A DNA stretch of 64,000 bases from Tricharina praecox (taxonomy: Eukaryota): NCBI RefSeq assembly GCF_024521635.1, contig NW_026250433.1, forward strand, positions 186,001-250,000, read 5' to 3'. A model generated the notes under the pieces. The model ran no database searches. It was not told the origin of the DNA and saw only the letters and a list, made by a program, of their open reading frames with translations. Positions 12,781 through 25,541 of this stretch are shown one piece after another. Every line of letters begins with the position of its first letter. The stretch's first letter is position 1. Both the position numbers and the translations under genes were made by a program.

Positions 12781-15627
12781 ATGCAGCTCCAGATGCAAAG
12801 TCAACGTTATGATAGACAGCAACAGCAGCAACAACAGCAGCGGTCCGAACGAAGCCCAGAACGAACACCTTCCCTGAACACGGACTACCACTTCGACCTT
12901 GCCACGGAGATTCAAGCACGATATCAGCCTCAACATCAGCAATACCAGCACCAGCACCAGTTCCAGAGTCCGAGCCAGAACCAACACCACCAACAGAGAG
13001 CCAGAGACAGGGACGACATGTCGATGGCGGGAGCGCGCAGGACGTCCATAAACGGAGGCAGCACAAACGGCGGTAACAACAATAAGGACTCGTATCGCGC
13101 GCGAGACGATGGATGCCGGCTTCGTTCCCCCCCTTCGTCACCACGGCTACAGCCGACGACGACCGCGACCCCGAGCGCAAACACAACCCGGACAACCACA
13201 CCGCGGAATGGACGAAATGAACACCGATTGACCCTGCCGATTTCAAGGCGATTGTTACGGAGCGACTGGGTGAACCTGGAGGGACTGGTTCAGTGCGCCT
13301 TGGGATGCCTCGGAAAGGAGGAATGCACAGGCATAAGCGAGCTTGGTACGTTCCATTTTCCTTCACCGCTTCAACTTTTTCATTTCGTCGGCAATTTCCG
13401 CCCGTTTTACTTTACCCGATCACATTACTTGTGAAGTCCGGGATGTACTTAGTCATGCTTTATTTGCGTTGAGGTTGTGGTTCAACTGTCACGATAACCG
13501 ATTGCGTGGACGGGGGAGGAGGAGCGGGGGTGTTGTACTCGGCGGGAGGGGGGGGGGGGGGGGGGGGGGGATTGTGGGTGGGTGCACGTGGACAGTGTGG
13601 GGAAATGTTTTGGGCATTGACTTGCAGCGATCGACGTCCGAAACAAAGTACTTGTGTACTTAACATCCTCCCGTCCTCATCCTCGTCCTCCCTTATCCCC
13701 TTCCCTTCTTCTTTTTCTTCTTCAACTTCAACTTCAGCTATCCGCTGGGGTTGAAGGGCACGGCTGCATCTGAGACCATCCAAGGCGCCCTATAACCGGG
13801 TTTGTCTGAGGAACCAGAGCCAGAGTGTCGGGGTCTCCTTGACCATTACCCCTCCCCAGTCTTGCATTTCCTTTACCTACATCCAACATCCCCTCATGTC
13901 TTTGGTCTCGCATACTGGAATCGGGGCGGTAGAATAATATTCTCATCAATGCGCGGAAAAATGGATCGTCTCTCATGTCGTCATGTTGTCATTCCGGATT
14001 TCTGTCTTTTTCTGCTTGACCTCCGGCTTGAAGGCTGTCAACCGCAGTCGCTTCAGCCTGAGGGAGAGGGAATGTTTACGCATTGCATCTCTTGTGCCAC
14101 TCAGTACATTTCCAAAGATTCATGGCTGACGGTTTCACTTCAGGTCGTGGATCGCACAATTCGTTATACGAAGTTCGGTTTTCCGATGGTACATCATGCG
14201 CCGCTTCGATATCGAATTCGCCACCGCAATTCTTCTCGGCGGACGCGAAGAGGTCGGAAATAGCCACCATGCGATACATTCACTCTTCACCACTATACAA
14301 CATCCCGATACCGCGAATATACGGCTGGGATCTGACATTCGATAATCCTGTTGGCGCGCCATACATTCTTCGGGAGTGCGTCAAAGGAACGAACCTTTCG
14401 ACCGACGGGCGCTTTTACGGATTAAGCCCCGAAAATAGAATGAAGGTCATCAAGCAGCTCGCATTTGTGCAGGCCGAGCTCTCCAAGCCTTCGGAGTTCA
14501 AACAGCTTGGATATATCTATCAGCGGGAAGAGAACGAGAACGAGTTTTACGTCGGAAAGATCGCCGCTTTGCCGTCAGGATGCCCGGAGGAGGATGCGCG
14601 GCAAGAACCATACCTCGGGCCGTACGATTCACTGCCCGAGCTCTGGGAAGCTCGGATAGATAGGGAGACGTTGTCGGCTATCGGAAACTGGTCGCAGTTG
14701 CCATCGGACTCGTCGCTTCCTTCCCACCTCGGGCCTCCGTCGAAGGCGAACCCCCAGGAATTCGGCGAGCTCCTGCAGCTATTGGCGGGATTGACGAACG
14801 TGTTCAATCCCCCGGCGCAATTGTCCACTCTTTGCATTCACCACTCTGATTTCGCGCTCCGCAATGTGCTGTTCGACGAGAAGACCATGAAGATTTCCGG
14901 AGTTATCGATTGGGAGTTCGCTTCAGTGATGCCGCTATGCATCACCGGAAGGTTTCCCAATGATCTGGGTTGGGAAGGAAACGAATTTGCGAAGTCGATG
15001 GGGAAACTAGGAAAAGAAGCCGACGTGTTCAACCACCATTACTACGACTGGACCTCCCTGAGCGGGGTTGCTCCGCCGCCCAGGGCTCGAGGAGATATTC
15101 CGAGTCCGCCTGCATCTCCCGCCCACCCAAACATGCGAGATGAAGATTATCTGACATCTCCGAATGCTTCGGCGAACGGATGCATGGGCCGACTTCCCGA
15201 CTCGGAATACTTCGGTGATGAGGGCGTGCCATCACCGCCGTCGCCTCCTCTGCCCCCACCACCAACCTGCGAAACCTCGCAGCAAGAGGTCGAAACACGC
15301 GCGTCGAATCTGATCCAACTCTACTACTACCGCAAGTACTATGCGTCTCGAGTTGCGTTCCACGATTTCGGCTTGACACGACTGTTCATGGACTCGGTAG
15401 CGTACATCAAGTTCAACGAAATCGTCACGGGAGGCGCCGAGAAGTGGTTCGGAGCGGCCGATTGGATTAAGGAGCTGTTCTTCAGGTTCCAGGCTCTTGA
15501 CCGGAGTGTCAGGGACGAACTTATGGCGGGCAAGGGGGTTGTGCGGGTGCCCGAGCGGTTTGAGTACGAACGAAGGGTTGAGGTAGATTTGGGGGAGTTG
15601 GAGAAGCGTCCGGGATGCCTGCGGTAG
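12781..15627 (+). CDS. APH/choline-kinase-like phosphotransferase family protein, about 682 aa; exons 12781-13345 and 14144-15627
   Basis: Donor GTACGT at 13346, branch GCTGAC and CAG at 14143 join ELG|RGSHNSLYEVRFSDG (Gly-rich loop). Also SEIATMRYI, PIPRIYGWD, VGAPYIL, catalytic HSDFALRNVL and metal-binding VIDWE. Start codon uncertain (12781, 12793 or 13018). Confidence 0.85.
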
Positions 15628-16583
15628 CGGGGCATCAGCGGGATGATGCCTTATGAAGAGATGTAAACGTATATGGCGATGAATTTTCTTGGTTATGGCG
15701 TCACAAACATATGGTATGGTTGGTTTGGGGGGAGGATGGGGGTGGATGGGCTGGGCTGGGTCTCTTACAAAATCTTTTATGGTTGGGGCATTTTGGTAGG
15801 CGTTTTTGTTTGTTTTCTCTTCTCTACGTTTTTTTCTCTTTTCGTAAGATATTTTTCACTTCCTGTTTTTTTTGCTCATTCTGTTGCATTTGTGCGCAAT
15901 TGCGATGCGATGTGATGTCTTCATACCCACTCAGAATGGTTCTGGCTGCTTTCCGTTTTTTTTTTTGCTTTCCGGTAGTAAATTACTCCTGTCTATATGT
16001 AATTTTTTCCCTCCTCTTGCGTTGTATGTAGCAAAATTGTATCTATCAGCATGTTTCACGTATGTATGTCCTGGCCTGTGTCGATTAGAGTAGTAGTATG
16101 TAGTAGTGGTAGTGGTAGTGGTGGTGGTGGTGGTGGTATGTAGATGAGCTGAGTTCAGCTGAATTCAAACTGAATCCGAACTCGCTGCCTTTCGGTTCAT
16201 TTTGTGTGGGTTACCGTACCGTGTTTCTAGAGGGGGTGAAGAATTGTGGTATCACAGTGCTACAATTCCCAACGAGATGGCAGGGACGTATGGGCATCAA
16301 CACGGCAAGATGTGTGTTTTTGATACTCGGATACGATATCAATATCTGTTCAGCGGGAAATGGCGCTTTGTATCTCCCTTGAGCTATCCTGGGAGCATGC
16401 GCAGTGGTGTTACATACACAGAGTACCTACCATACGCCAATACTATGGCATGCGGCTCAACTGGCAACGGCAAACTCCATCCCCCGCGTCGATAACCCCA
16501 CCAGCAACCAACTTACCCCAACATCTCAATCCGCCCAGCTCCCCACCAGCGACCACCACCTCCAACAAGCAACGTTAGACAAG

Positions 16584-17421
16584 ATGGACATCCGCCTCCT
16601 CCGGGCGTCCGACATCCCGCACGTGCAGAAGACGAACATCACGAACCTGCCAGAGAACTACTTCCTGAAGTACTACCTGTACCACGCGCTCTCATGGCCG
16701 CAGCTCTCGTACGTCGCTGTCGACCTGAGCCACCCGCCCAAGTACCCCAACGAGCCGCCAAAGATCGTCGGCTATGTCCTCGCAAAGATGGAGGAGGAGC
16801 CTGCCGATGGTGTTCAGCACGGTCATATCACGAGTCTTAGTGTTATGCGCACGCATCGACGCCTAGGGCTCGCGGAGAAGTTGATGCGACAGTCGCGTAT
16901 GATCCCCCCTCCCCTCCCTAGCCGTGCAGTGGCGATTGTGATAGATAGGGGGCAGATAGCTAATCCCGACGAATTGAACTACAGAGAAAGCGATGGTAGA
17001 AGCGTTCGGGGCGAAGTACGTCTCGCTGCACGTGCGAGTGAGCAACATGGCGGCGCTGCACCTGTACCGGGACACTTTGCAGTTCCTGGTGGAGAAGGTG
17101 GAGGCGAAGTATTACGCGGACGGCGAGGACGCGTACTCGATGAAGAAGGACCTCACGTTTCTCGAGGAGCAAGAGGAGTCCGACGATGACGACGAGGGCG
17201 CCGAGCATGGTCATGGCGATGGCGCTTGCTGCGATCATGATCATGACGATGGGAAGGCGGGTGGTCATCATCATCATCACGGTCATGGACATGGACATGC
17301 CGAGGTTGATGGTGATGTCCCGACTGCTAAGGAGAAGGAGAAGTTGAAGACTGTGAGGGTCGGAAGGATCCTGGGCGTGAGTGATCTGAAGGAGGTGGAC
17401 GGAAGGAGTGGCGGTGCTTAG
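16584..17421 (+). CDS. ARD1: NatA N-terminal acetyltransferase catalytic subunit, 249 aa; intron 16897-16984
   Basis: [74 protein letters not shown]...GCTAAT...CAG intron restores the frame. Confidence 0.97.
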
Positions 17422-20400
17422 ATGCGGAAGAGAGAGGGGCGCTGGGAACATGTCTAGATACGATACCTACCCGCCGGCAGCGTGTGTGTGAAGCATGCGC
17501 GCACGAGCGAGTAACAAAAAGTTTATGGTTCGGGGTCGGGGGTGGGGAGGGGCGGTGATTTTTTTGTTATTAATTTGCACCGTCACATTTGGGGGCGTCG
17601 TCTTTCGATCTGTTTTTCCTCTTCTCTCTTCTCTGCTCTTCCGAAAAGGAAAGTATTCTCCTTCGGTAGAGAGGATCCGACGGAGCAACCAGTCAAAACT
17701 GCGATTCCGATGGATTGAACAGCACAGCACAGTGGGTGGGCCCATGATCCATCATCAGGAATACTGCCCGAGGATTTGGCCGCTGCAAAAAAAAAAGGAA
17801 GAAAGCCATCGTTTGCGCTGCGATTGCAATTGCCATTAATGATTGATCTGATGATTGATCTCTCTCCCATGTGTATGTCTTATCTCCGATGGCATCGTGT
17901 TGCTACCCAGAAAGGAACGCTGCTCACCCCGTTTGCAACACAACATCGCCCACCAAAAGCAAAGCGAAGCAATATCCGGACATTAAATCGCGAAGATTCA
18001 GCCCAAACCTTACATAGAGTACTCTACATCATAGCTCGCTCGATCCAAAGGAATATGAAGAAACGGGCGTGATTTGATTCATCGTGCTAACATAACATCG
18101 ATAGCTACATCCTACATATCGGCGTAGGAGAGCGTAGGATCGCAGGATCCAAGAAAAGAAGAATCGGCCCAACACTGTTCGGTGACGGACCTGACCTGAT
18201 CTCTATTTTCTTTTCCGAAGCCCAACTCTGTTCCCAGTTAAGTACCAACCAATACCTATGCCCCCCTCCCCCGAGCCATCCACCATGAATGACGTCGTAC
18301 CAACACACCCGGGGGGGCGGGGCGGGGGATTCGATGATCGACTGCAGAAGCAGAAGCAGAAGCAGAGGGCACGCACCGCACCGAAACCGAAGAAGTAAAA
18401 AGAAAAACATACACAATACACATACACAAAACACAAAACCCCGTCCGACGTTACATCGTTACTCTACATCTTCACGGTAGATGATCGCTGGTCCCGGGGG
18501 GAGTGGAGTGGTGATGATGGTCCATGGATGGGTAGTGGATGGTGGATGGGTGTGGCGTGGCGTAGCGGTGAGACTCGGACTGTATGTACTGCACTGCGCT
18601 GCATCCACGGGCCACAAATCCCCGGTAGGTAGGTTGATACTTACATCTATGTAGGTGTGTAGGTGTGTAGGCATGATCTATCCAGCCAGCCAGCCAGCGA
18701 GTAGTGAGCACAGTGGCTGGCTGAAGAATGCTTTTTCGGGCTGTTTGATGGAGGTTTTCCCACGTAACATTGTAGGTGCGTAGGTAGAGTAACGTCACTA
18801 CGCCTCGGTGACGGGCCCATGGGGTCAGGCCGGCAGGCAGGTAGGCAGGCAGGTAAGGCAGGAAGAGATCGATCGCATGCATATAGCCAGCCGGTCCGGC
18901 TCTTCCCCACAAAACCACAAAAGGCCACAAGAAATCGGGGACGGGGAGGGGGGGGTGCGAGATGCGAGGTGGGACGCCGGCTTGCAACAGGGAAGGAAGG
19001 AGATGCTGGGCTACAACTTCGATTCCATCAACCCAAACGTTGCAGTTGCTTTTTTGGACTCCGATCGATAGATGGCCGGTAGGTAACTACGGTATGCTCT
19101 GCTGGCAGGGGGGGCGAGCGAGGGGGGAGGGGGAGGGTAGGTAGGGGGATGCAGGGCATCGGGAGATTTTGGGCCACTGCCACCTGGGTGGTGAGGTGAG
19201 GCGCATGCGGGCGAAGCTTTCGACCGCCGACCGACCGACCTCGATGATGCTGCTGATGATGATGTTGGCATCGTGAGCTTTAGGTACTCTACTGGTAGTC
19301 TGGGCCGGGATGGGGGGGAGGGGGTGGACGGACTAAGTACTGGTACTGATCCCGTAGGTCAGCGAGACGGGATACTGGATCGGGTGGGGTGGGGTGGGGT
19401 GGGGTGGGAAAGACGGCGCGGCGCGGCGCGGGCGCAGGGAAGGGGAGCGGAGGTTGCTGTAGTTACTTAGCGGCGGCAAGGCGGCGGCGGTACATATGTA
19501 GGACGTATGTATGGAGAGTACATATATACGACAGACGCGGGAGGATCGCATCCAGACTACCGCGCATGGTGGTGCCCGAACGGGGGTTTTGCTGATTGAG
19601 TTTCGTCGGCGGTCGTCGGTCCCGTCCCCATTGAGCACGCAGCGGCGGGATTGTCCGCTCTCGCTTCGCAAAGCGACGCATTGGCCCAATCGGCAGTCCG
19701 GGGATGAGGGAAGGGAATGGCAAGAGTGAGAGCGGGTGCTTGGCTGGCCCCACTGCCGCACTCTACGAATGGGCCTGGCACGCCGTCTGTGGCACAGAGG
19801 ATTTCGAATCGAGCTGCATAGCTTACCCACCACCACCACCACCACCACCACCACCGCCGCCGCCGCCGCCGACACCACCGACATCACCGACACCAACACC
19901 ATCATCACCACCACCACACCAATGCACCGACAGGCTTCCACTACCGTACTCTACGGACATTCTGCTGTGGGTGTCCACGTTGCTGCACTGCGTTGTACTT
20001 TATTTCCTTTTGCACCCTTCGGGTATAGAATCGCGTGTTCTACTGTCGTAGGTAGAGCAGGACCATAGGTACGTACCTTCCAGGTCTCGTGAGCAGCCGT
20101 GCAAGCTAAGGTACATCCACTATGTATAGTCACCGGGTTTCCGGCAGGCTCACAGCAAGCACGTGGTGACAGCGGGTTCTTCTGGTGCGATGGGTGGTAC
20201 ATAACTAGATGGACGGGTGTATGCGTGAGATGGCAAGGCAGGCATGCATATTCGGCAAGTAGGCAGCGTGCGTGTCTGGGGCTGTGGATAGTTACATACA
20301 GACCAGAGTTCTCCGCTGCGTAACCATCGCGGGTGTGGTAGGTGGAATGCAGGTGGCCGCCACGCCACGCCGCGGGCCCGCTCCACCCGCCCACCCGCTT

Positions 20401-21521
20401 CGCGCCGGTCCGTACCCGTACATACATACATACCGTTCCGCATACGTACTTCCTACTCGGCATGCGGTTATCTAGCCTATGTATCCCCCACCACCACCAT
20501 GCGATTCGTCCGACTCGGCCAGCAGACACGCCTTCCAACCAGTGGCGAGCCGCCGCCGCTCGGACCCTCTCTCTCTCTCTGCGCTTGCTTTGCTTCCCAC
20601 ACCGCACCCCCTGCCCTGCAAAAGGGATGCAACACCACCACCACCACCACCACCACCACCACCACCACCCAGACCGAGTGGGACGCACCTAGGTAGGAAG
20701 ATATGCAGGCACGAACGAGTCCGGATCGAGCTGGCCACGATGTGTGTGTGAGCATGTGTGTGCGTGTGCCTGTGTGTGTGAGCATGCGTGTGCCTGTGTG
20801 TGTGAGCATGCGTGTGTGGTGTGTCTGTATGCGTGCCTACCATACCTACTTTTTCTTTCTTTTCGGCCGGAGTGGGGGGGTAGGAAGGGCCGATCTGGGC
20901 TGGACTCCTGCACAAAGCATCACCCGCACCCGCACTCCCGCCCCGCTGATAGGTAGGTTGGCAGTTGTGTGTATGATATGTATGATATGTATGTAGAGTA
21001 GATGGCTGGAGCACGACCCGGTAGATCTAGAACCTACTGGACTGGGGGCTGGACGGGACGGGAAGGGGCTGGGTCTCTGTGTACTGTACAATACTGTACC
21101 TGGGTGCCTGGGTACCTGCAGTGCAGGATATGCCATGGGGCGGGAGTATCTATCGGGAATATGATTTTGGCCTTTGGGTGGGTGATAAGGGGATCCAGCA
21201 TCCACCGGGAGGGGATCATTTGCTGTCACTCAGATGTCCCCACTCTATGTACTCTACCCAACCGCCCGCGCGGGCCGGCCCAGCGATAAGATTGACAGAC
21301 GTCGATGCTGTGTATCGTTCCGGATACCTATTCCTGGGGTAGTTGGATGCGGACGGGGTGCCTAATTCCTACCCAGATGGGCGGGCGGAGAAGGACGAGT
21401 GGCGCGTGGCGCGTCATGGGGTCTCACCCGTGATCTTCCGATCTGGGAAGGGGTTTCATCGGATAGCACTCACTCACTGCCTGTCTTCCACATTGATAAT
21501 GATATCTGCATACGACTCCCA

Positions 21522-21575
21522 TATCTTCCGTGAATATCTTCCGTAGATATCTTCCGTAGATATCTTCCGTGGATA
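21522..21575. repeat. 13-bp tandem repeat (TATCTTCCGTRRA) x4
   Basis: Direct reading. Confidence 0.85.
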
Positions 21576-23667
21576 TATGGCGCAATCACGATTCCACCGT
21601 TACATGCAAGCAAGCATTATCCTCGTACATAAATACCCGTAAAAATAAAAATGGCGGCGCACAAAGATAACAATAGCGGTTGATAACCCCCTCGACATGC
21701 ACATCACACATCACCCATCACCCATCATAACCTCCAACCACCACTACTACCACTACTACCACCACCGACCTCGGTTGGCCCCAGGGCGTGACTTATACCC
21801 GCCCTGCCCCTCCTCTTCACCCTCTCGAGCTCCGCCCTAACTACCATCCCATCCTATCTAAGCCTACGATATGTGCGCCGGCCCAGCCGTTCACTCGAAT
21901 CGTGCTTCACCGTTTCCACAGCCGCGCAATGGCCTGCCTCTGCGAACCGGGCCACCTCCCTCACTTCGTGCCGGTGCAGCATTCGAAATACCTTCAGCTT
22001 CTCGCGAAACGGGCACTACTTCATATTCGCGTGAACGATGGGATCCAACACTGGGCTACGGAGAAGCACTACCAGGGTCCTCATCCGCAGACTTCGGACT
22101 TCGGCCTTGGGGAGGGGGAGGGGGAAGGGGGTAACGTCAGAATCGAAGCGGATGGATTGACAGCGGAGCTTCTTGGGCCAGGGGGAAGGGGACCTACCTA
22201 CCAGTCACCAGTCACCAGTACTTGCGTCAAGCACTCCACTCCGGGCGGTGCATGAATGATGAACGATGACTGCGTGTATTTCCCCCTGCTTTCTTTCGGG
22301 GTGGGTGCCGGAAACACCCATCCACAGGCACACACAAAAACGCGGAACGGTGCCAGCAGCCATATAAGTGAATGGCACCTTCCTTCTCGCTCCACCCTTC
22401 TCACCTCGCCAGCCACCGCCAATCATTGCATCGCGTTCTCTGTATGATATGTACATATCCAGAGCGGCTGCCGCACACACGCACGCAAGCACACCAGCGG
22501 ATCATCACCACAATCATCGCCGAGAGAGGAACGAACGAACGCACGAACGCCGTAGGGTCGGCACGATTGGCTTCTCTCCCTTTCCTGGATAAACTCACGT
22601 GGGCTAGGGACTAGGGACCTGGCGGAGAATGTTATTTTTTTTCGGATCGGATCGGTGGGAAAAGAGTGGGAAAAGAGATGAGTCGGACAGAGGTGACGGC
22701 ATCTTCCCCCCGTGCGTATCAGATCGTTGGACTTCCGACTTCGAGTAGTATGCACTTACTGCCGGAATTCATTGCTGCCCTGATGATTCAGCACCGCGGC
22801 TGGAGTGGCTGGAGTAAGTATACGAGCGTGTAAACCGTGCGTAGACAGAGTGCTGCGGGATGGATGTAGATCGACTCTCCACAGAGTTTCTTCTTCACAC
22901 ACACACAAAAGACATACCGATCTGATCCGCACCCTAAACACCCAAGTAGATATCTCTCCTTACTAAAGCTGTCGAGACGATGTGTGATGCAGGTATGTGG
23001 GTACCAGGTAGGTAGGTACCTATATATTTCGAGTGGGAGTATACTAAAACACGTAGCCTCAAAGCTGGCGTAGCTCAATGGTGTGTATCTCAGGCTGGTC
23101 AATGAAGAATGTCGGTCGTTGGAAACGCTGCTTCATCACATATGGCCCGAGGCGCCAGATCCAGCTTACTTAAGTCGGTATGGTGCCTCCGCTCAAAAGG
23201 GCAATCTTTTTGGGGTTCTTATTTCAAGCCAGCTAGCAGCCCGAAGCAGATATGAACTCCCTGGAGTCGGAAAGGCACGAGTTATGTGCCCCCCTGTCTA
23301 TGAATTTAGATTCATGGTCCGATGTTGGTGTGAAGTTCTTTTATAAGAAGAAAAACCAGGTTTTGTATAGAGATCATGCCCGAGTACACTAAACTCTCAC
23401 GAGTGGCAACTGATTTCCACTCTAAAGTTAAATATAGTGGAAATGGACGGGTGTACACCAGTCATCGCCAGGTGGTGATGCGGCATGTTCGAGAGTGGTC
23501 AGGCGATCTTTTTTTGTTCTTTTTGGTGAGGTCGACTGTTGCCATGTAAACTTTCCAGGTGCAGAGCTAAAAAAAAACCACTGTGCTGTTCTAGACCGCA
23601 GGCACCATACTTTCACGGTGGAATTTACGTCTTTGTCGCGAGGAGCTTTCACGGCATGGTTCGACAA

Positions 23668-24130
23668 GATGGGACCGAGATATTGTGGATCAAGCTGTCT
23701 GAATCCACACAGGACCCTAACTATAGGTATCTGTACCTACAATGTACGAAACAAAAACAAAAACAAAGAAGCACAAAGTAGGTACAACTACTTACTTAAA
23801 AACCTCCTTGATGGAGATGGACCGAGGAATCGTGGTTCAAGCGTCTCGAATCCCTAACAAGACCCTATAGATCTGTATGAAGTAGGAAACAAAAAACAAA
23901 AGAGTAGAGTAGAGTATGTACGAAACAAAAACAAAACAAAGAAGCACATACATAGGTGCAACTGCGTACTTGCAAACCTCCTCGATGGAGATGGTCCGAG
24001 GAATCGTGGTCCAAGCAGTCTGAATCCCTACATACAAGACCCTAGTTATATCTGTAGGAAGTATGAAACAAAAAAAAACAAAAACAAAGAGGCAGATACA
24101 ACCACTCGATAACCTCCCCGATGATGATGT
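23668..24130. repeat. Degenerate tandem repeat, 3 units with periods of about 148 and 174 bp
   Basis: Shared blocks GATGG.CCGAG..AT.GTGG..CAAGC..TC.GAATCC...GACCCT and GAAACAAAAACAAAA..AAAGA start at about 23668, 23816 and 23990. Confidence 0.85.
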
Positions 24131-24180
24131 GTGTCAACTCAAGACAGCGCCCAACCACTTGACAGCCTCCTTTATGCGCG

Positions 24181-25541
24181 TCAACCCAAGACAACGCCCA
24201 ACCACTGCTTAACACCCACTCTCTGAGCCGCCTGCTGCTGCTGCTCCCAAATACTCTTCAACCTCTCGATCTCAGCCCTGCCATCCTCCTCGACCCACGA
24301 CATATGAGTCGGCGTGATCTTCGGACTGAGCTGGAGCGCCTTACGGAGGCTGTAACGTTCGGCCTCGGTGAAATCGGGCACCTCTCCGTGGCAGCCCTTG
24401 GGGCACGAGCACGGGCTCTGCTGGGGACACTGGCCTTCGGCGTAGTCGTGGAAGCTCGAGATGTGCTCGTGCATCCGCTCCTTGGTCTTGCGCAGGAGTC
24501 CCTCGAGACTGGGGAGGCTGCTGGTGAACTCGTGCGATGGGCTGAGCGGCACCGTGTGGCGCAGCAGAACTTTGTAGGCTTCGTCGGAATTGGGGGGCTT
24601 GTGCCACTCCGGGATCTCCCGCGAGCGCAGGTTCTTCGGCGGATCGGCAGGCGCGCATGGTGACCAGCGAGCGGTCGGGGTGTATGGCGGAGGGGATACG
24701 GTTGTGGCTGGCTCGATGGGCTGCGGCTTGGGGTTGCTGAACCTGGGGGGGGAATTCGCCTGGGCCAAATATGGCTCGATGGGTTCTGGCTTTAAGTTGC
24801 TGAACATGGAGAAAGAATTCGGCGGCGGGGTTGTGGTTGCAACCGGCTCCATGGGCTGTGGCTTTGGGAAGGAGATCTTGTTAGGATTCAACTGGAGTTG
24901 AGACAACGAAGGGGGATAATGGTACGGCGGGGTGAGGAGCGTGAGCGGTGGAGGAGTAGGCGGTAGGGTCGGCGGTAGGGTGGACGGCAGGGTGCGCTGT
25001 TCCATGGCGGGCAGCAACGTGTACCGCAGCGATGGTCCCGATGGTGAGTGCCGTGGAGTAGGTGGGGCTGGAGCTGTTGTCTGCAGCGGCTTCTCGAGAA
25101 CGTACGCCGTCTGCTCGATGCCGTGCAACGTCCAGAAGTTGTTGCTCGTGATAATCACTCCAGCATTCTCCGGAAACAGGAAAAGACACGCCCCTACGTC
25201 TGTCAGCTACGCTCACGAACCCCCAGAACCCCCATCAGCAGAGAATGGTATGGCATACGTTCGATCTCCCCAGAGATTTCCACCTCCGACCGCGGTGTGG
25301 GCAGGATATCGGTCTGCGCCATCGAAATGTTGTTCATCGTGATGTGCGGGCGTTCGTGCGGGCGTTCGTGCGGGTCCCCGTATGATCGACCGGTGCCCGT
25401 GAGTGTTCTGGCGATGAGTTCGAGGCAGGTAGTGGGATAAGCTCGACATAAGTTGCGAAAAAAAATGCGAATCGCGTCCTCACCAAAGGTTATTGATCTG
25501 GTCTGTACGAACTTAGATACGGACTGCAAAGCTTCTCGCAT
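24181..25541 (-). CDS. Hypothetical Pro-rich protein, at least 431 aa; intron 25194-25258; 5' end uncertain
   Basis: Two long ORFs are joined in frame by a GTATGC...GCTGAC...TAG intron (EISGEIER|ACLFLFPE). No recognisable family. Confidence 0.6.

Noticed and set aside
19333..21014. 180-245-aa ORFs in the intergenic gap
   Set aside because: Driven by microsatellites, with no protein-like composition
23064..23165. tRNA-like start GCTGGCGTAGCTCAATGGT
   Set aside because: No T-loop (GTTCRA) and no anticodon arm can be formed
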